NCBI GenBank assembly: GCA_045643125.1
Contig: JAZUKE010000036.1
Span: forward strand, 1,318 to 65,317
Direction: 5' to 3'
Source of the DNA: Eubacteriales bacterium
GTDB taxonomy: Bacteria > Bacillota > Clostridia > Oscillospirales > CAG-382
Length of the DNA stretch: 64,000 nt
Numbering within the stretch: position 1 is the stretch's first letter; every line of letters begins with the position of its first letter. This document shows, in pieces, positions 56,645 through 64,000 of this stretch. The notes below the pieces were generated by a model. The model did no database searches. It was not told the origin of the DNA and saw only the letters and a program-made list of their open reading frames with translations. Made by a program: the position numbers and the translations under genes.

Positions 56645-58213
56645 TTAAGCTTCTTCTTTTGCTTTTTTGCGGGCGAAGGTAAGACCGAGACATTCGCCGT
56701 GCAGGCACCACGCATCGACGGCGACCGTAAGGAATTCAAGGATAGCGTTGATCGCAATGACGATGGCGAGTGCGTCCGCCGGAAGACCGAGCTGCGAGAA
56801 CAGCAGAGTGAAAACGGAGATCGCGGCGCCCGGGATGTTCGGGACGGACGAAACGAGTACGATCGACAGCAGGATGGCTTCGATTATCCATACGACGGTT
56901 ATTTCCACACCGTACTGCTGCGCCATAAACAGCGACGAGAATATCACGACGAGAGTATAGCAGGGCTGATACATAACGCTTCCGAGGTTGATGCCTATAT
57001 TCGCGGTATCGCCGTCAACTCCGACGCTGATGAGTCCGTCGTAGACCGTGTTGAACGCCGCACCGAAGTTTGCGGACGAAAGGCAGACCATAAACGCGGG
57101 CATAGTGCCTTTGACGAATTTCATAATCGGTGTTTTCGTCTTTATGCAGGTGTACGCGGTAATGGTAAGCATAATGACCGCTTCACCGGCAATTATGCAG
57201 CCGATCATCTTGCCGGCTCCGGCGACCTGCGAAAAATCGCTTACCGTAACGATGTTGAAAACGCGGAGCGCAACGTAAAACGTAATAAATTTATTCAAAA
57301 AGTTGTTGGTATATACGGCAACGAGGTTGCACTCGTCAAAGAGCTTTACCACGGTTTCGCCCTGCTGACCCATAGTGAGCAGTGCAAAGCCGAACATCGC
57401 GCCGATTATCATTATGTGAATGGAGTTGAAATTCAGAAACGGGGAAACTATGTTCGTGGGTATGAATCCGATAACGATATCGTATATGGATTTGACCGCC
57501 AGATTCAGCGAGCCGAGACCGCTGATATCGAACAGCGGCAGTACGCATATCGTCAGCACCGTGCAGAAGCACAGCGTGGTCAGATAAAATTTCCGCATTA
57601 TCCTGCCGCCGAACGCGCCCGCCGAAGCCATATCGCCGATATGCACTATGCTCAGCGTTATCGCAAACATCGTAAGCAGCACCGCCATTACGCAGAACAG
57701 CCCGGCGTAGGCGTTTGAGAGAGGATCGACGTAATCCGCAACGAAGCCTTTGAGAGAGTCCGCGGGGACAAATGCGCGGCAGATAAGCCCGACGATGACG
57801 GAAGAAAGGATGGCTATTCCGATTTTTGCAAGGCTTCCGATCTTGCTCTTGCGTCTTACGGTAAATACGATCTCGTTTTCAAAGTTGCGGTATTTCCAGG
57901 TCGGCATACCGTTATTGAATCCGCTCATTATGGACTGTATCATAAACGCCATCGGATTTTCTTCAAGCGTGAACGGATCAAAGCTCTGCGCTCTTATACG
58001 CAGGCAGAAACGTGTCTGTGAAAAGATGTGATACTCGCGGAAATAGAGTTCGATATCCTCGCCGAAGCGCGACTTATACTTCAGAAGAAGCTCCTCCATC
58101 ATAAGTCTTGCGCGCAGAGTGTCTTTTTTATCGACCTCGAGTCTCTTGTAAAGAGCCGTGATCTTTTCGGATATCAGGTCGATCGTATCGTTTGTCAGCT
58201 TGTAAATCTTCAT
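56645..58213 (-). CDS. dicarboxylate/amino acid:cation symporter (DAACS/GltP-like) with an extra N-terminal soluble domain
   Basis: 522 aa. The C-terminal ~400 aa are polytopic, with DAACS-like reentrant-loop motifs (LSSANFGAAF; VSSVPNIPGAAISVFTLLFSQLGLP). The N-terminal ~122 aa are hydrophilic. Confidence 0.7.
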   Translation of the reverse strand: MKIYKLTNDTIDLISEKITALYKRLEVDKKDTLRARLMMEELLLKYKSRFGEDIELYFREYHIFSQTRFCLRIRAQSFDPFTLEENPMAFMIQSIMSGFNNGMPTWKYRNFENEIVFTVRRKSKIGSLAKIGIAILSSVIVGLICRAFVPADSLKGFVADYVDPLSNAYAGLFCVMAVLLTMFAITLSIVHIGDMASAGAFGGRIMRKFYLTTLCFCTVLTICVLPLFDISGLGSLNLAVKSIYDIVIGFIPTNIVSPFLNFNSIHIMIIGAMFGFALLTMGQQGETVVKLFDECNLVAVYTNNFLNKFITFYVALRVFNIVTVSDFSQVAGAGKMIGCIIAGEAVIMLTITAYTCIKTKTPIMKFVKGTMPAFMVCLSSANFGAAFNTVYDGLISVGVDGDTANIGINLGSVMYQPCYTLVVIFSSLFMAQQYGVEITVVWIIEAILLSIVLVSSVPNIPGAAISVFTLLFSQLGLPADALAIVIAINAILEFLTVAVDAWCLHGECLGLTFARKKAKEEA

Positions 58214-58275
58214 TTTGTTGCTCCGTAAATGTGTTATCCGTATGCCGAAAAAGCTCCGACATAAAGTTATGTTCT

Positions 58276-58304
58276 ATGATAACACATTTGTCTTTGCTTT
58301 ACAA
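58276..58304 (-). promoter_or_regulatory. candidate extended -10 promoter of the transporter gene
   Basis: Minus strand: TTGTAA (58304-58299), 17-nt spacer, TGtTATCAT (-10 at 58281-58276). Confidence 0.45.
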
Positions 58305-58355
58305 CATTATTTTACAAAATATTCAAAAAAACGCATCGGTTTTGAAAAGCGAAAA

Positions 58356-59951
58356 TCATTTTTTCTTCTTTTTGATTATGATGACCGCGGCTGCGGCGGC
58401 AGCGGCAGATATCGCGGCGACAGCGGGAAGCAGCCATTTGCCCGGTTTTGATCCTGTTTTGGGTTCTTCTTCACTCGTCGGCTCCGGGACTTTGCCTGAT
58501 TCCCCGCTTATTTCTTCCGATCCTTCTTCGCTTGCCTCTTCTTCGCTCGTTTCTTCGTTTGAGCCGAAAAGCGTACCGAGATCGACTTTATGCTTATAAG
58601 GTGCTGTTTTTTCGGTCACTTCGCCGAAAAGCCACGGGAGCGATTCGTTGTACGCGAGATAGCATATACCGTGGTCGCCGCCCTCGTATTCGGTATATTT
58701 CATCTTCTCGCCGCCGACAGCAAGGACCGCGTCGTACATATTTTTCGTTCCCATATAATCGACCGTCGCGTCGGCGTTGCCGTGGAACGCCCAGATAAGC
58801 TGATCCTTGAGAATCTCGCCTTTTGAAGCGTCACCGGCGCCTGATACGGGCACGGCTGCGTCGAACAAACCGGGGCATCTCGTTATAAGATCCCATGTGC
58901 CGTAAGCGCCCATAGAATATCCGACGATGAACGAACGGATCACGTTGTATTTTTCGCAATACGAAGCGTACAGTTCTATCGCAAAGCGGAGAGCGTCGGT
59001 CATTTCATATTTCGACTGCGTATAATTCGAGCAAAGCGTATGCGACGCAAGCCCCTCGGCTACCGCGGAATAGTCCACCCAGAAATCTTCTTCCGCCATA
59101 TAGGCGATCGGAGCGATCACAATACATTCGTTTTTCCTGAATACCGATTCCAAAAAGTTTTCGTAAACGGTGAACAGCGTATCGCCGCCGAGTCCGTGAA
59201 GATACATAAGAAGCGGATATTCCTTGTTTTCATCAAAATTATCGGGCAGTGCCACCGAATAGTGGTAATTTTTTCCGTTTGACGAAGTAAAGGAGGCGTA
59301 TCTCGTCTCGGAAAAGCCGTTCCTTTTCACCGTTTTTTCCTCACCCGGACGGAAGTACGCGGAATCGTCTTCGGTAGGAATGACGGCATTGTGTTCGTGA
59401 TCTTCGGTTTCAACGGTTATTTCCTTTATGCGTATCGTATAAGGGACGTAGCCGTATTTTTGGGGATCGACGACGATTTTCACCGCAACGGTGTTTTCGG
59501 GGAGTTCCGAAGACGGGCAAGCCACCGCCGAAGTAACGCTGTATGCACCGTTTTCGATTATCACGCCCTCATCGATATCGGTTTTAAGTTCTATTTTGCG
59601 GTATTCGCTTTCGTTTTCGACAAGCGCATAAGCCGCGTAACGGTTGTCCATACCCGCGTAAAGGAAACCCTCCATATAGTACATACGGAAAGAAAAATCG
59701 GTTATTTTTTGATTTTTGAACGAATAGGTTATATATCCGCTTCCGGGTTGAGCGGATTTCTGAACGCAGAAAAACGTTTCTCCGTTCTTAACGTCGTTGA
59801 CGGCGGTCATATTCGTGTCGTAGGCGTTTTCGATTATGGGGTTGTTTTTGCCGAAATCCTCGGTCACCGTTTCGGCTCCGGCAGTCACCGAAGCGGATGC
59901 AGTCAGAATAAGGATCATAATTGCACATATCACTCTTTTCGTAATTTTCAT
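58356..59951 (-). CDS. secreted alpha/beta-hydrolase esterase with an N-terminal beta-rich module and a C-terminal cell-wall sorting-type signal
   Basis: 531 aa. Signal peptide, LLMYLHGLGG, nucleophile elbow GYSMGAYG, HGNADATV, GGDHG. Acidic Ser/Glu linker, EPKTG, a hydrophobic stretch, then KKKKK. Confidence 0.65.
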   Translation of the reverse strand: MKITKRVICAIMILILTASASVTAGAETVTEDFGKNNPIIENAYDTNMTAVNDVKNGETFFCVQKSAQPGSGYITYSFKNQKITDFSFRMYYMEGFLYAGMDNRYAAYALVENESEYRKIELKTDIDEGVIIENGAYSVTSAVACPSSELPENTVAVKIVVDPQKYGYVPYTIRIKEITVETEDHEHNAVIPTEDDSAYFRPGEEKTVKRNGFSETRYASFTSSNGKNYHYSVALPDNFDENKEYPLLMYLHGLGGDTLFTVYENFLESVFRKNECIVIAPIAYMAEEDFWVDYSAVAEGLASHTLCSNYTQSKYEMTDALRFAIELYASYCEKYNVIRSFIVGYSMGAYGTWDLITRCPGLFDAAVPVSGAGDASKGEILKDQLIWAFHGNADATVDYMGTKNMYDAVLAVGGEKMKYTEYEGGDHGICYLAYNESLPWLFGEVTEKTAPYKHKVDLGTLFGSNEETSEEEASEEGSEEISGESGKVPEPTSEEEPKTGSKPGKWLLPAVAAISAAAAAAAVIIIKKKKK

Positions 59952-59973
59952 TTTTTTGCCTCCTCCTTGCTCG

Positions 59974-60002
59974 ATTATAACACGAATATGCCTTTTTGTA
60001 AA
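59974..60002 (-). promoter_or_regulatory. extended -10 promoter of the esterase gene
   Basis: Minus strand: TTTACA (60002-59997), 17-nt spacer, TGtTATAAT (-10 at 59979-59974). AGGAGGAGG RBS. Confidence 0.5.
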
Positions 60003-60014
60003 TAAAAAAGCACG

Positions 60015-60056
60015 AAAAAAGCTTATCCGAAGTTGTGACTTCGGATAAGCTTTTTT
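60015..60056 (-). terminator. strong (potentially bidirectional) terminator after the sigma-factor gene
   Basis: Perfect 12-bp stem gcttatccgaag/cttcggataagc (60021-60032 / 60039-60050), flanked by A6 and T6. Confidence 0.7.
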
Positions 60057-60070
60057 GATAAAACCGGATT

Positions 60071-62593
60071 TTATTCGTCTTCTTCGCAGTTTTTCCTGTC
60101 GCGGCTGCCGAGGGCATCCTTGAACATAACCGTTCCGCTTTCGTCTTCGTCGAACGTGAATTCGGCGTGAGCGTGCCAGCCGCCTCCGAGATTTTGCGGT
60201 TCATAGCGGCGGAAGATGCCGTCGTCCGTCGGGAAATATCCGTCGCCTGTTCCGCGGTACTCGGTAAGAACCCACTCGGCTTTGTTGCCGTCCCACAAGG
60301 GATGCGTGAAACGAACGATGCCGACACCGGGAGCGAACCAGTATTCGCATTTTCCCGCGCAATAGTCCCAGCCGACAAATTCAAAGCTTATATGGCGGCA
60401 GTCCTCAAAGACTCCGGCAGGCGTCGTCACGCTTTCGCCGCCCGTGACGGCAAAGTCTTTCGTGACGTGATTCCATCTGCCATTCTTTTTTGCAAAGGCA
60501 TAACCGTCGACCCATTCGTCCGACCACAGGCAGCCCGCCGCGTCCTGTAGTATCGACATAAAGAACGAATAGATCACCTTATATCCGTCAACACCATTTA
60601 TCGGAGTATCCTTCCATTCAAAGTCGAAAATGCGGTTTTCCCACATTATCGTTTTTCCCGCTTTTTTCTCGATCACGTCGCGTTCAAAGAAGTTCCATTT
60701 TCCGAGTACGTCCGTATCGGGACTAAAAGCGGCATCGCTTGAGAAAATCCGGCGCATAACGGTGTTTGCAATAGCCGTCTGCGTCTTCTGACGCTTGGTG
60801 CAGGCGAGTTCTTCGCAGCGTTTCATTACCTCGCTTACGTCACGCAATCTTTGTTCATTTTCACTGATTACCTCATAATACGTATCACGCATTTCGATGG
60901 ATTTTCCTTCCCAGGTATCGACGTATCCGGTAACAATGTCGTAAGAACTGTTGTAAAGAGTCACGCATCCGTTTTCGCATCCCGTGACTTCAAAGAGGTT
61001 TTCTCTGTCCGAAATACGAATATCATTACCCTTAAGAGAGTACGACCAACGGTTCCCGGCTTCAAACGGCAGAAGCCCCTTACCTCCGCAGACGCGGTAA
61101 TCGGAAAGCGCCCATTCCGACGTTTCACCGGCTATCGTCACGATCTGATAAACGATACCCGCTCCCGGGCAAAGGAACGTTTTGCTGTACGTCAGTCCGT
61201 ACCTTTCGCCTTCACAGACAAAAACAGAGCAGTTTTCAAAATGTCCCGCCGGAGTATCGCATACGGCATTGTCCTCTTCATAGCGCAGCGTTACCTTGCA
61301 GTCCGATGACGTTATGACGTCTCCGACCTTCATATCATCATCGAGTATGATACTGTCGCACGCCGACATATTCCAGAAAACACAGCCGCTGCCTCCACAG
61401 AAACCGGGCTGATCGGCAAAGTACAGAGCGTTTCCGATGCGTTTATAGCGTTCTCCCGTTGCAGTTATATAATCGTGTTCCTTTTCTCCGCCGTTTTCGA
61501 TCAGATGGCTCGACACTTTTATTGCCGCGAGAGCATTGGCGTGATATACTTCCGTCGCGGGGACGGTCCGCGTGACGTTTTCAAACCATTCTATCGCTTC
61601 CGCGTACTCCTGCTTTTTGTAATACTCATAGCCGAGCCAGAACATAACGTAAGCAAGCGTTTTGGGGTAATCGTTATCACGGTAATACGGGATAAGCGTG
61701 TTTTTCATAAAGTTTATGCTTTCGTCGCCGCGATACTTTTCGTACTCCCGGCAGGCGACCGACTGCATAACGTCATCGTTATGCCCTTCTTCGGCGGATT
61801 TCTTTATCCTTTCAAAGGTCTCGTCGTTCTTTTCATTTTCCAGCCACCACCAGCCCATCAGCAGAGTGTCGGCAAGAAGCGAACTTTTTTCCTTTGAATC
61901 GTCGAGAGTTTCGACGCTTTGAAGCACGGAGCGGTATTCGTCTTCAAATCCGGTCTTGTCGTTTTTGAAACGCCATTTTTTGAGCTCTTCCACCTGACGC
62001 ATAACGCGGCAAACGAGCGATTCTTTTTCGTTGTATGTTTTTTCCACTATTCCATAACCCTTTCTTAGTTGTTTTCTCCCCTCGGAAAGACGCCATTTTA
62101 CCGTCCCTTCGGAAACGCCGAGAAGATGCGCTATCTCCGACACCGACTTCTCCTCGAAATAATGCAGCTTCACAGTTTCGCGGAGCTTTTCACTCAGCGA
62201 ATCAACGGCTTCGTGCAGATCGGTATAGTCTTCGGCTGCAATTTCCCATTCGCCGTCGTTTTCGGAAAGATCCTCGTTCTGAAGAATATCAAAAGAAATC
62301 GACGGAATGGCACTGCGATACCGTATCATCAGCGTTCTCGCGCTGTTCTTTGCGATGGAGCTGACCCACGGGCCGAATTTTGAGCCGTCACGAAGAGACG
62401 CAAGATTCATCCATGCGGAGACAAAAGCATCCTGCGATGCGTCTTCAGCCAAAAACGTATTCCCCGTTTCCTTGACGGCAGTTCCCATCACCGCGCGCTG
62501 ATGACGGACAACAAGCTCTTCATAGGCAGAATCGTCGCCGAGAAGTGTCAGCTCAACAAGGGTCTTATCGTTTTTGTCGATGTGGTTTTTCAT
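60071..62593 (-). CDS. sigma-70 family (ECF-like) RNA polymerase sigma factor fused to a ~630-aa soluble C-terminal domain
   Basis: 840 aa from the ATG at 62593 with an AAGGAAG RBS. Region 2 (YEELVVRHQRAVM...EDASQDAFVSAW) and region 4 HTH (SVSEIAHLLGVSEGTVKWRLSEGRKQL). The remainder has no TM segment. Confidence 0.75.
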   Translation of the reverse strand: MKNHIDKNDKTLVELTLLGDDSAYEELVVRHQRAVMGTAVKETGNTFLAEDASQDAFVSAWMNLASLRDGSKFGPWVSSIAKNSARTLMIRYRSAIPSISFDILQNEDLSENDGEWEIAAEDYTDLHEAVDSLSEKLRETVKLHYFEEKSVSEIAHLLGVSEGTVKWRLSEGRKQLRKGYGIVEKTYNEKESLVCRVMRQVEELKKWRFKNDKTGFEDEYRSVLQSVETLDDSKEKSSLLADTLLMGWWWLENEKNDETFERIKKSAEEGHNDDVMQSVACREYEKYRGDESINFMKNTLIPYYRDNDYPKTLAYVMFWLGYEYYKKQEYAEAIEWFENVTRTVPATEVYHANALAAIKVSSHLIENGGEKEHDYITATGERYKRIGNALYFADQPGFCGGSGCVFWNMSACDSIILDDDMKVGDVITSSDCKVTLRYEEDNAVCDTPAGHFENCSVFVCEGERYGLTYSKTFLCPGAGIVYQIVTIAGETSEWALSDYRVCGGKGLLPFEAGNRWSYSLKGNDIRISDRENLFEVTGCENGCVTLYNSSYDIVTGYVDTWEGKSIEMRDTYYEVISENEQRLRDVSEVMKRCEELACTKRQKTQTAIANTVMRRIFSSDAAFSPDTDVLGKWNFFERDVIEKKAGKTIMWENRIFDFEWKDTPINGVDGYKVIYSFFMSILQDAAGCLWSDEWVDGYAFAKKNGRWNHVTKDFAVTGGESVTTPAGVFEDCRHISFEFVGWDYCAGKCEYWFAPGVGIVRFTHPLWDGNKAEWVLTEYRGTGDGYFPTDDGIFRRYEPQNLGGGWHAHAEFTFDEDESGTVMFKDALGSRDRKNCEEDE

Positions 62594-62667
62594 TGGCGGT
62601 CTTCCTTTCGTTTTCGGGAGTTCACTATTAAGACGCAGAAAAAAAGCAAAAGGTTGGGTTGGAAAAA

Positions 62668-62697
62668 GAAAAAACACGGAAAAATGCCGTGTTTTTT
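62668..62697 (-). terminator. terminator of nifU
   Basis: Stem acacgg/ccgtgt extended by A/T pairs (aaaaaacacgg...ccgtgtttttt). T-run on the minus strand. Confidence 0.6.
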
Positions 62698-62703
62698 GAT
62701 ATA

Positions 62704-63135
62704 TCAGTCGTGGTTATGGCAAGATTCGCAGTCGCCGTGGCAAACGGGAGGAAGCTCTTTTTCGATGCCCTGACGTTTATAATAATCGGCGATGGCGGCT
62801 CTGACCGCTTCTTCGGCGAGTACGGAGCAGTGAATCTTGACGGGAGGAAGTCCGTCGAGTGCTTCGACGACTGCCTGATTGGTGATGGAAAGCGCGTCTT
62901 CAAGCGGTTTGCCCTTTATCATTTCGGTCGCCATCGAAGACGTTGCTATCGCGGAAGCGCAGCCGAAAGTGTTGAACTTGACGTCGGTGATTATGTCGTC
63001 ATTCACCTTGATATATATTTTCATTATATCTCCGCATTTTGCGTTGCCGACTTCGCCGATGCCGTCGGCGTCGTCGATCTTGCCGACGTTTCTCGGATTG
63101 CGGAAATGATCCATTACTTTTTCGCTGTATGCCAT
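62704..63135 (-). CDS. nifU: Fe-S cluster assembly scaffold protein (NifU/IscU N-terminal type)
   Basis: 143 aa. VMDHFRNPRNVG, GNAKCGDIM, FGCASAIA and IHCSVLAEEA, the three scaffold cysteines in canonical context. Confidence 0.9.
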   Translation of the reverse strand: MAYSEKVMDHFRNPRNVGKIDDADGIGEVGNAKCGDIMKIYIKVNDDIITDVKFNTFGCASAIATSSMATEMIKGKPLEDALSITNQAVVEALDGLPPVKIHCSVLAEEAVRAAIADYYKRQGIEKELPPVCHGDCESCHNHD

Positions 63136-63154
63136 ATTGTATATCCTTTCAAAA

Positions 63155-64000
63155 TTACTTATTTTCGTTTATAATTCTTTCCCATACCGGAGACATATCG
63201 CGGAGCCTTTTCACAACATCCGGAATAACACCGAGAACATAGTCGACTTCTTCTTCTGTCGTGTATTCGGAAAGCGAAAGACGGAGCGAGCCGTGAGCGA
63301 TCTCGTGCGGGAGCCCGAGTGCAAGAAGTACATGGCTGGGATCGAGTGAACCGGACGTGCAGGCGGAGCCTGATGAAGCGGCGATCCCCGCAAAGTCAAG
63401 GGACAGCAGCAGCGATTCGCCCTCTATTCCCTCGAAGCAGGCGCTCACGTTGCCGGCAAGCCTTTTTTCTCTGCCGCCGTTGATGCGCGTTCTTTCGATC
63501 TTGCTTATTCCGTTTATCAGTTTGTCGCGCAGATAAATGAGTTTTGCATTGGTTTCGTCAAGGTTTTCAAGCGATTTCTGAAGAGCGAGCGCCATTCCGT
63601 AGTAAGAAACGAAGTTTTCGGTGCCTGCACGCTTGCCTTTTTCCTGTCCGCCGCCGTTGATGAGGTTGGGAAGGACGATGCCCTTTCTGATATAAAGCGC
63701 GCCGACTCCTTTGGGCCCGTGGAATTTGTGACCCGAAAGCGAGAGCATATCAACGCCGAGTTCCTTTACGTTGATGGCGATGTGTCCGACAGCCTGCACC
63801 GCGTCTGTGTGGAAATAGACCTTGTGTTTTTTGCATATTCCGGCAATTTCTTTTATCGGCTGTATCGTTCCTATTTCGTTGTTTGCGAACATAACCGAAA
63901 CGAGCGCCGTATCTTCGCGGATTGCTTTTTCGATATCTTCGGGGTGAACGTAGCCGTCCTTGTCAACGGGAACGTAGGTCGCGTCGATGCCGTTGTTGGC
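63155..64000 (-). CDS. nifS: cysteine desulfurase (NifS/IscS type), C-terminal 281 codons; the gene continues past the right edge
   Basis: The frame is open to position 64000. NNEIGTIQP, the PLP-lysine block [12 protein letters not shown], and the active-site loop SSGSACTSG. The track ORF 63155-63892 starts at an internal Met. Confidence 0.9.
   Translation of the reverse strand, partial: ANNGIDATYVPVDKDGYVHPEDIEKAIREDTALVSVMFANNEIGTIQPIKEIAGICKKHKVYFHTDAVQAVGHIAINVKELGVDMLSLSGHKFHGPKGVGALYIRKGIVLPNLINGGGQEKGKRAGTENFVSYYGMALALQKSLENLDETNAKLIYLRDKLINGISKIERTRINGGREKRLAGNVSACFEGIEGESLLLSLDFAGIAASSGSACTSGSLDPSHVLLALGLPHEIAHGSLRLSLSEYTTEEEVDYVLGVIPDVVKRLRDMSPVWERIINENK

Noticed and set aside
58470-58500. 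PEP-CTERM-type sorting signal in the esterase tail (VPEP).
   Set aside because: The PEP tripeptide lies about 20 residues upstream of the hydrophobic segment rather than directly before it. A Gram-positive host is unlikely to use an exosortase. EPKTG followed by a TM segment and a basic tail fits a sortase-type signal better.

Overview
This is a dense 64-kb chromosomal segment with about 47 protein-coding genes and almost no non-coding space. It comes from a Gram-positive, endospore-forming Firmicute, most likely a member of the Clostridia. The evidence is a PolC-type replicase, AddAB, spoIIR, and the classic pyrH-frr-uppS-cdsA-dxr-rseP-ispG-polC backbone on the minus strand.

Layout:
- Left part (+ strand): a stand-alone MBL-fold protein, alaS, a HIT protein, comEC, holA, a Toprim/DUF4093 protein, mtaB and one unknown gene.
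- Middle (- strand): a glycan block (thuA-like gene plus lipoprotein SBP, then a tightly coupled TIM-barrel / FAD-enzyme / GH123-like / nahK operon), an oppBCDFA-type peptide ABC operon, and malQ with divergent pfkA. These are followed by addB-addA plus a coupled 96-aa ORF, spoIIR, ispE, a PHP phosphatase, polC, the isoprenoid/lipid/translation cluster, an HExxH lipoprotein, a radical-SAM pair and uvrB-uvrA.
- Right end (- strand): a DAACS-type transporter, a wall-anchored esterase, a giant sigma-70/ECF fusion protein, nifU and partial nifS.

I saw no rRNA/tRNA, CRISPR array, transposase/integrase, prophage or recognisable defence genes. The window is mostly core genome, so I do not claim a clear novel multi-gene system.

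The most unusual, checkable items are:
1. An OppC permease with a roughly 260-aa extracytoplasmic insertion made of Listeria-Bacteroides-type repeats.
2. An 840-aa soluble sigma factor with an internally duplicated C-terminal domain and no anti-sigma gene.
3. The TIM/FAD/GH123-like/NahK operon and its neighbouring orphan SBP-ThuA pair.
4. A 96-aa ORF translationally coupled to addA.
5. A promoter-driven 16-codon ORF in front of malQ.
6. A ComEC whose MBL domain has no histidines, next to a stand-alone ComEC-type MBL protein.

The long antisense ORFs in the supplied track are codon-aligned mirror frames, not genes. All calls come from reading translations and motifs by eye. No database search, HMM or composition calculation could be run.
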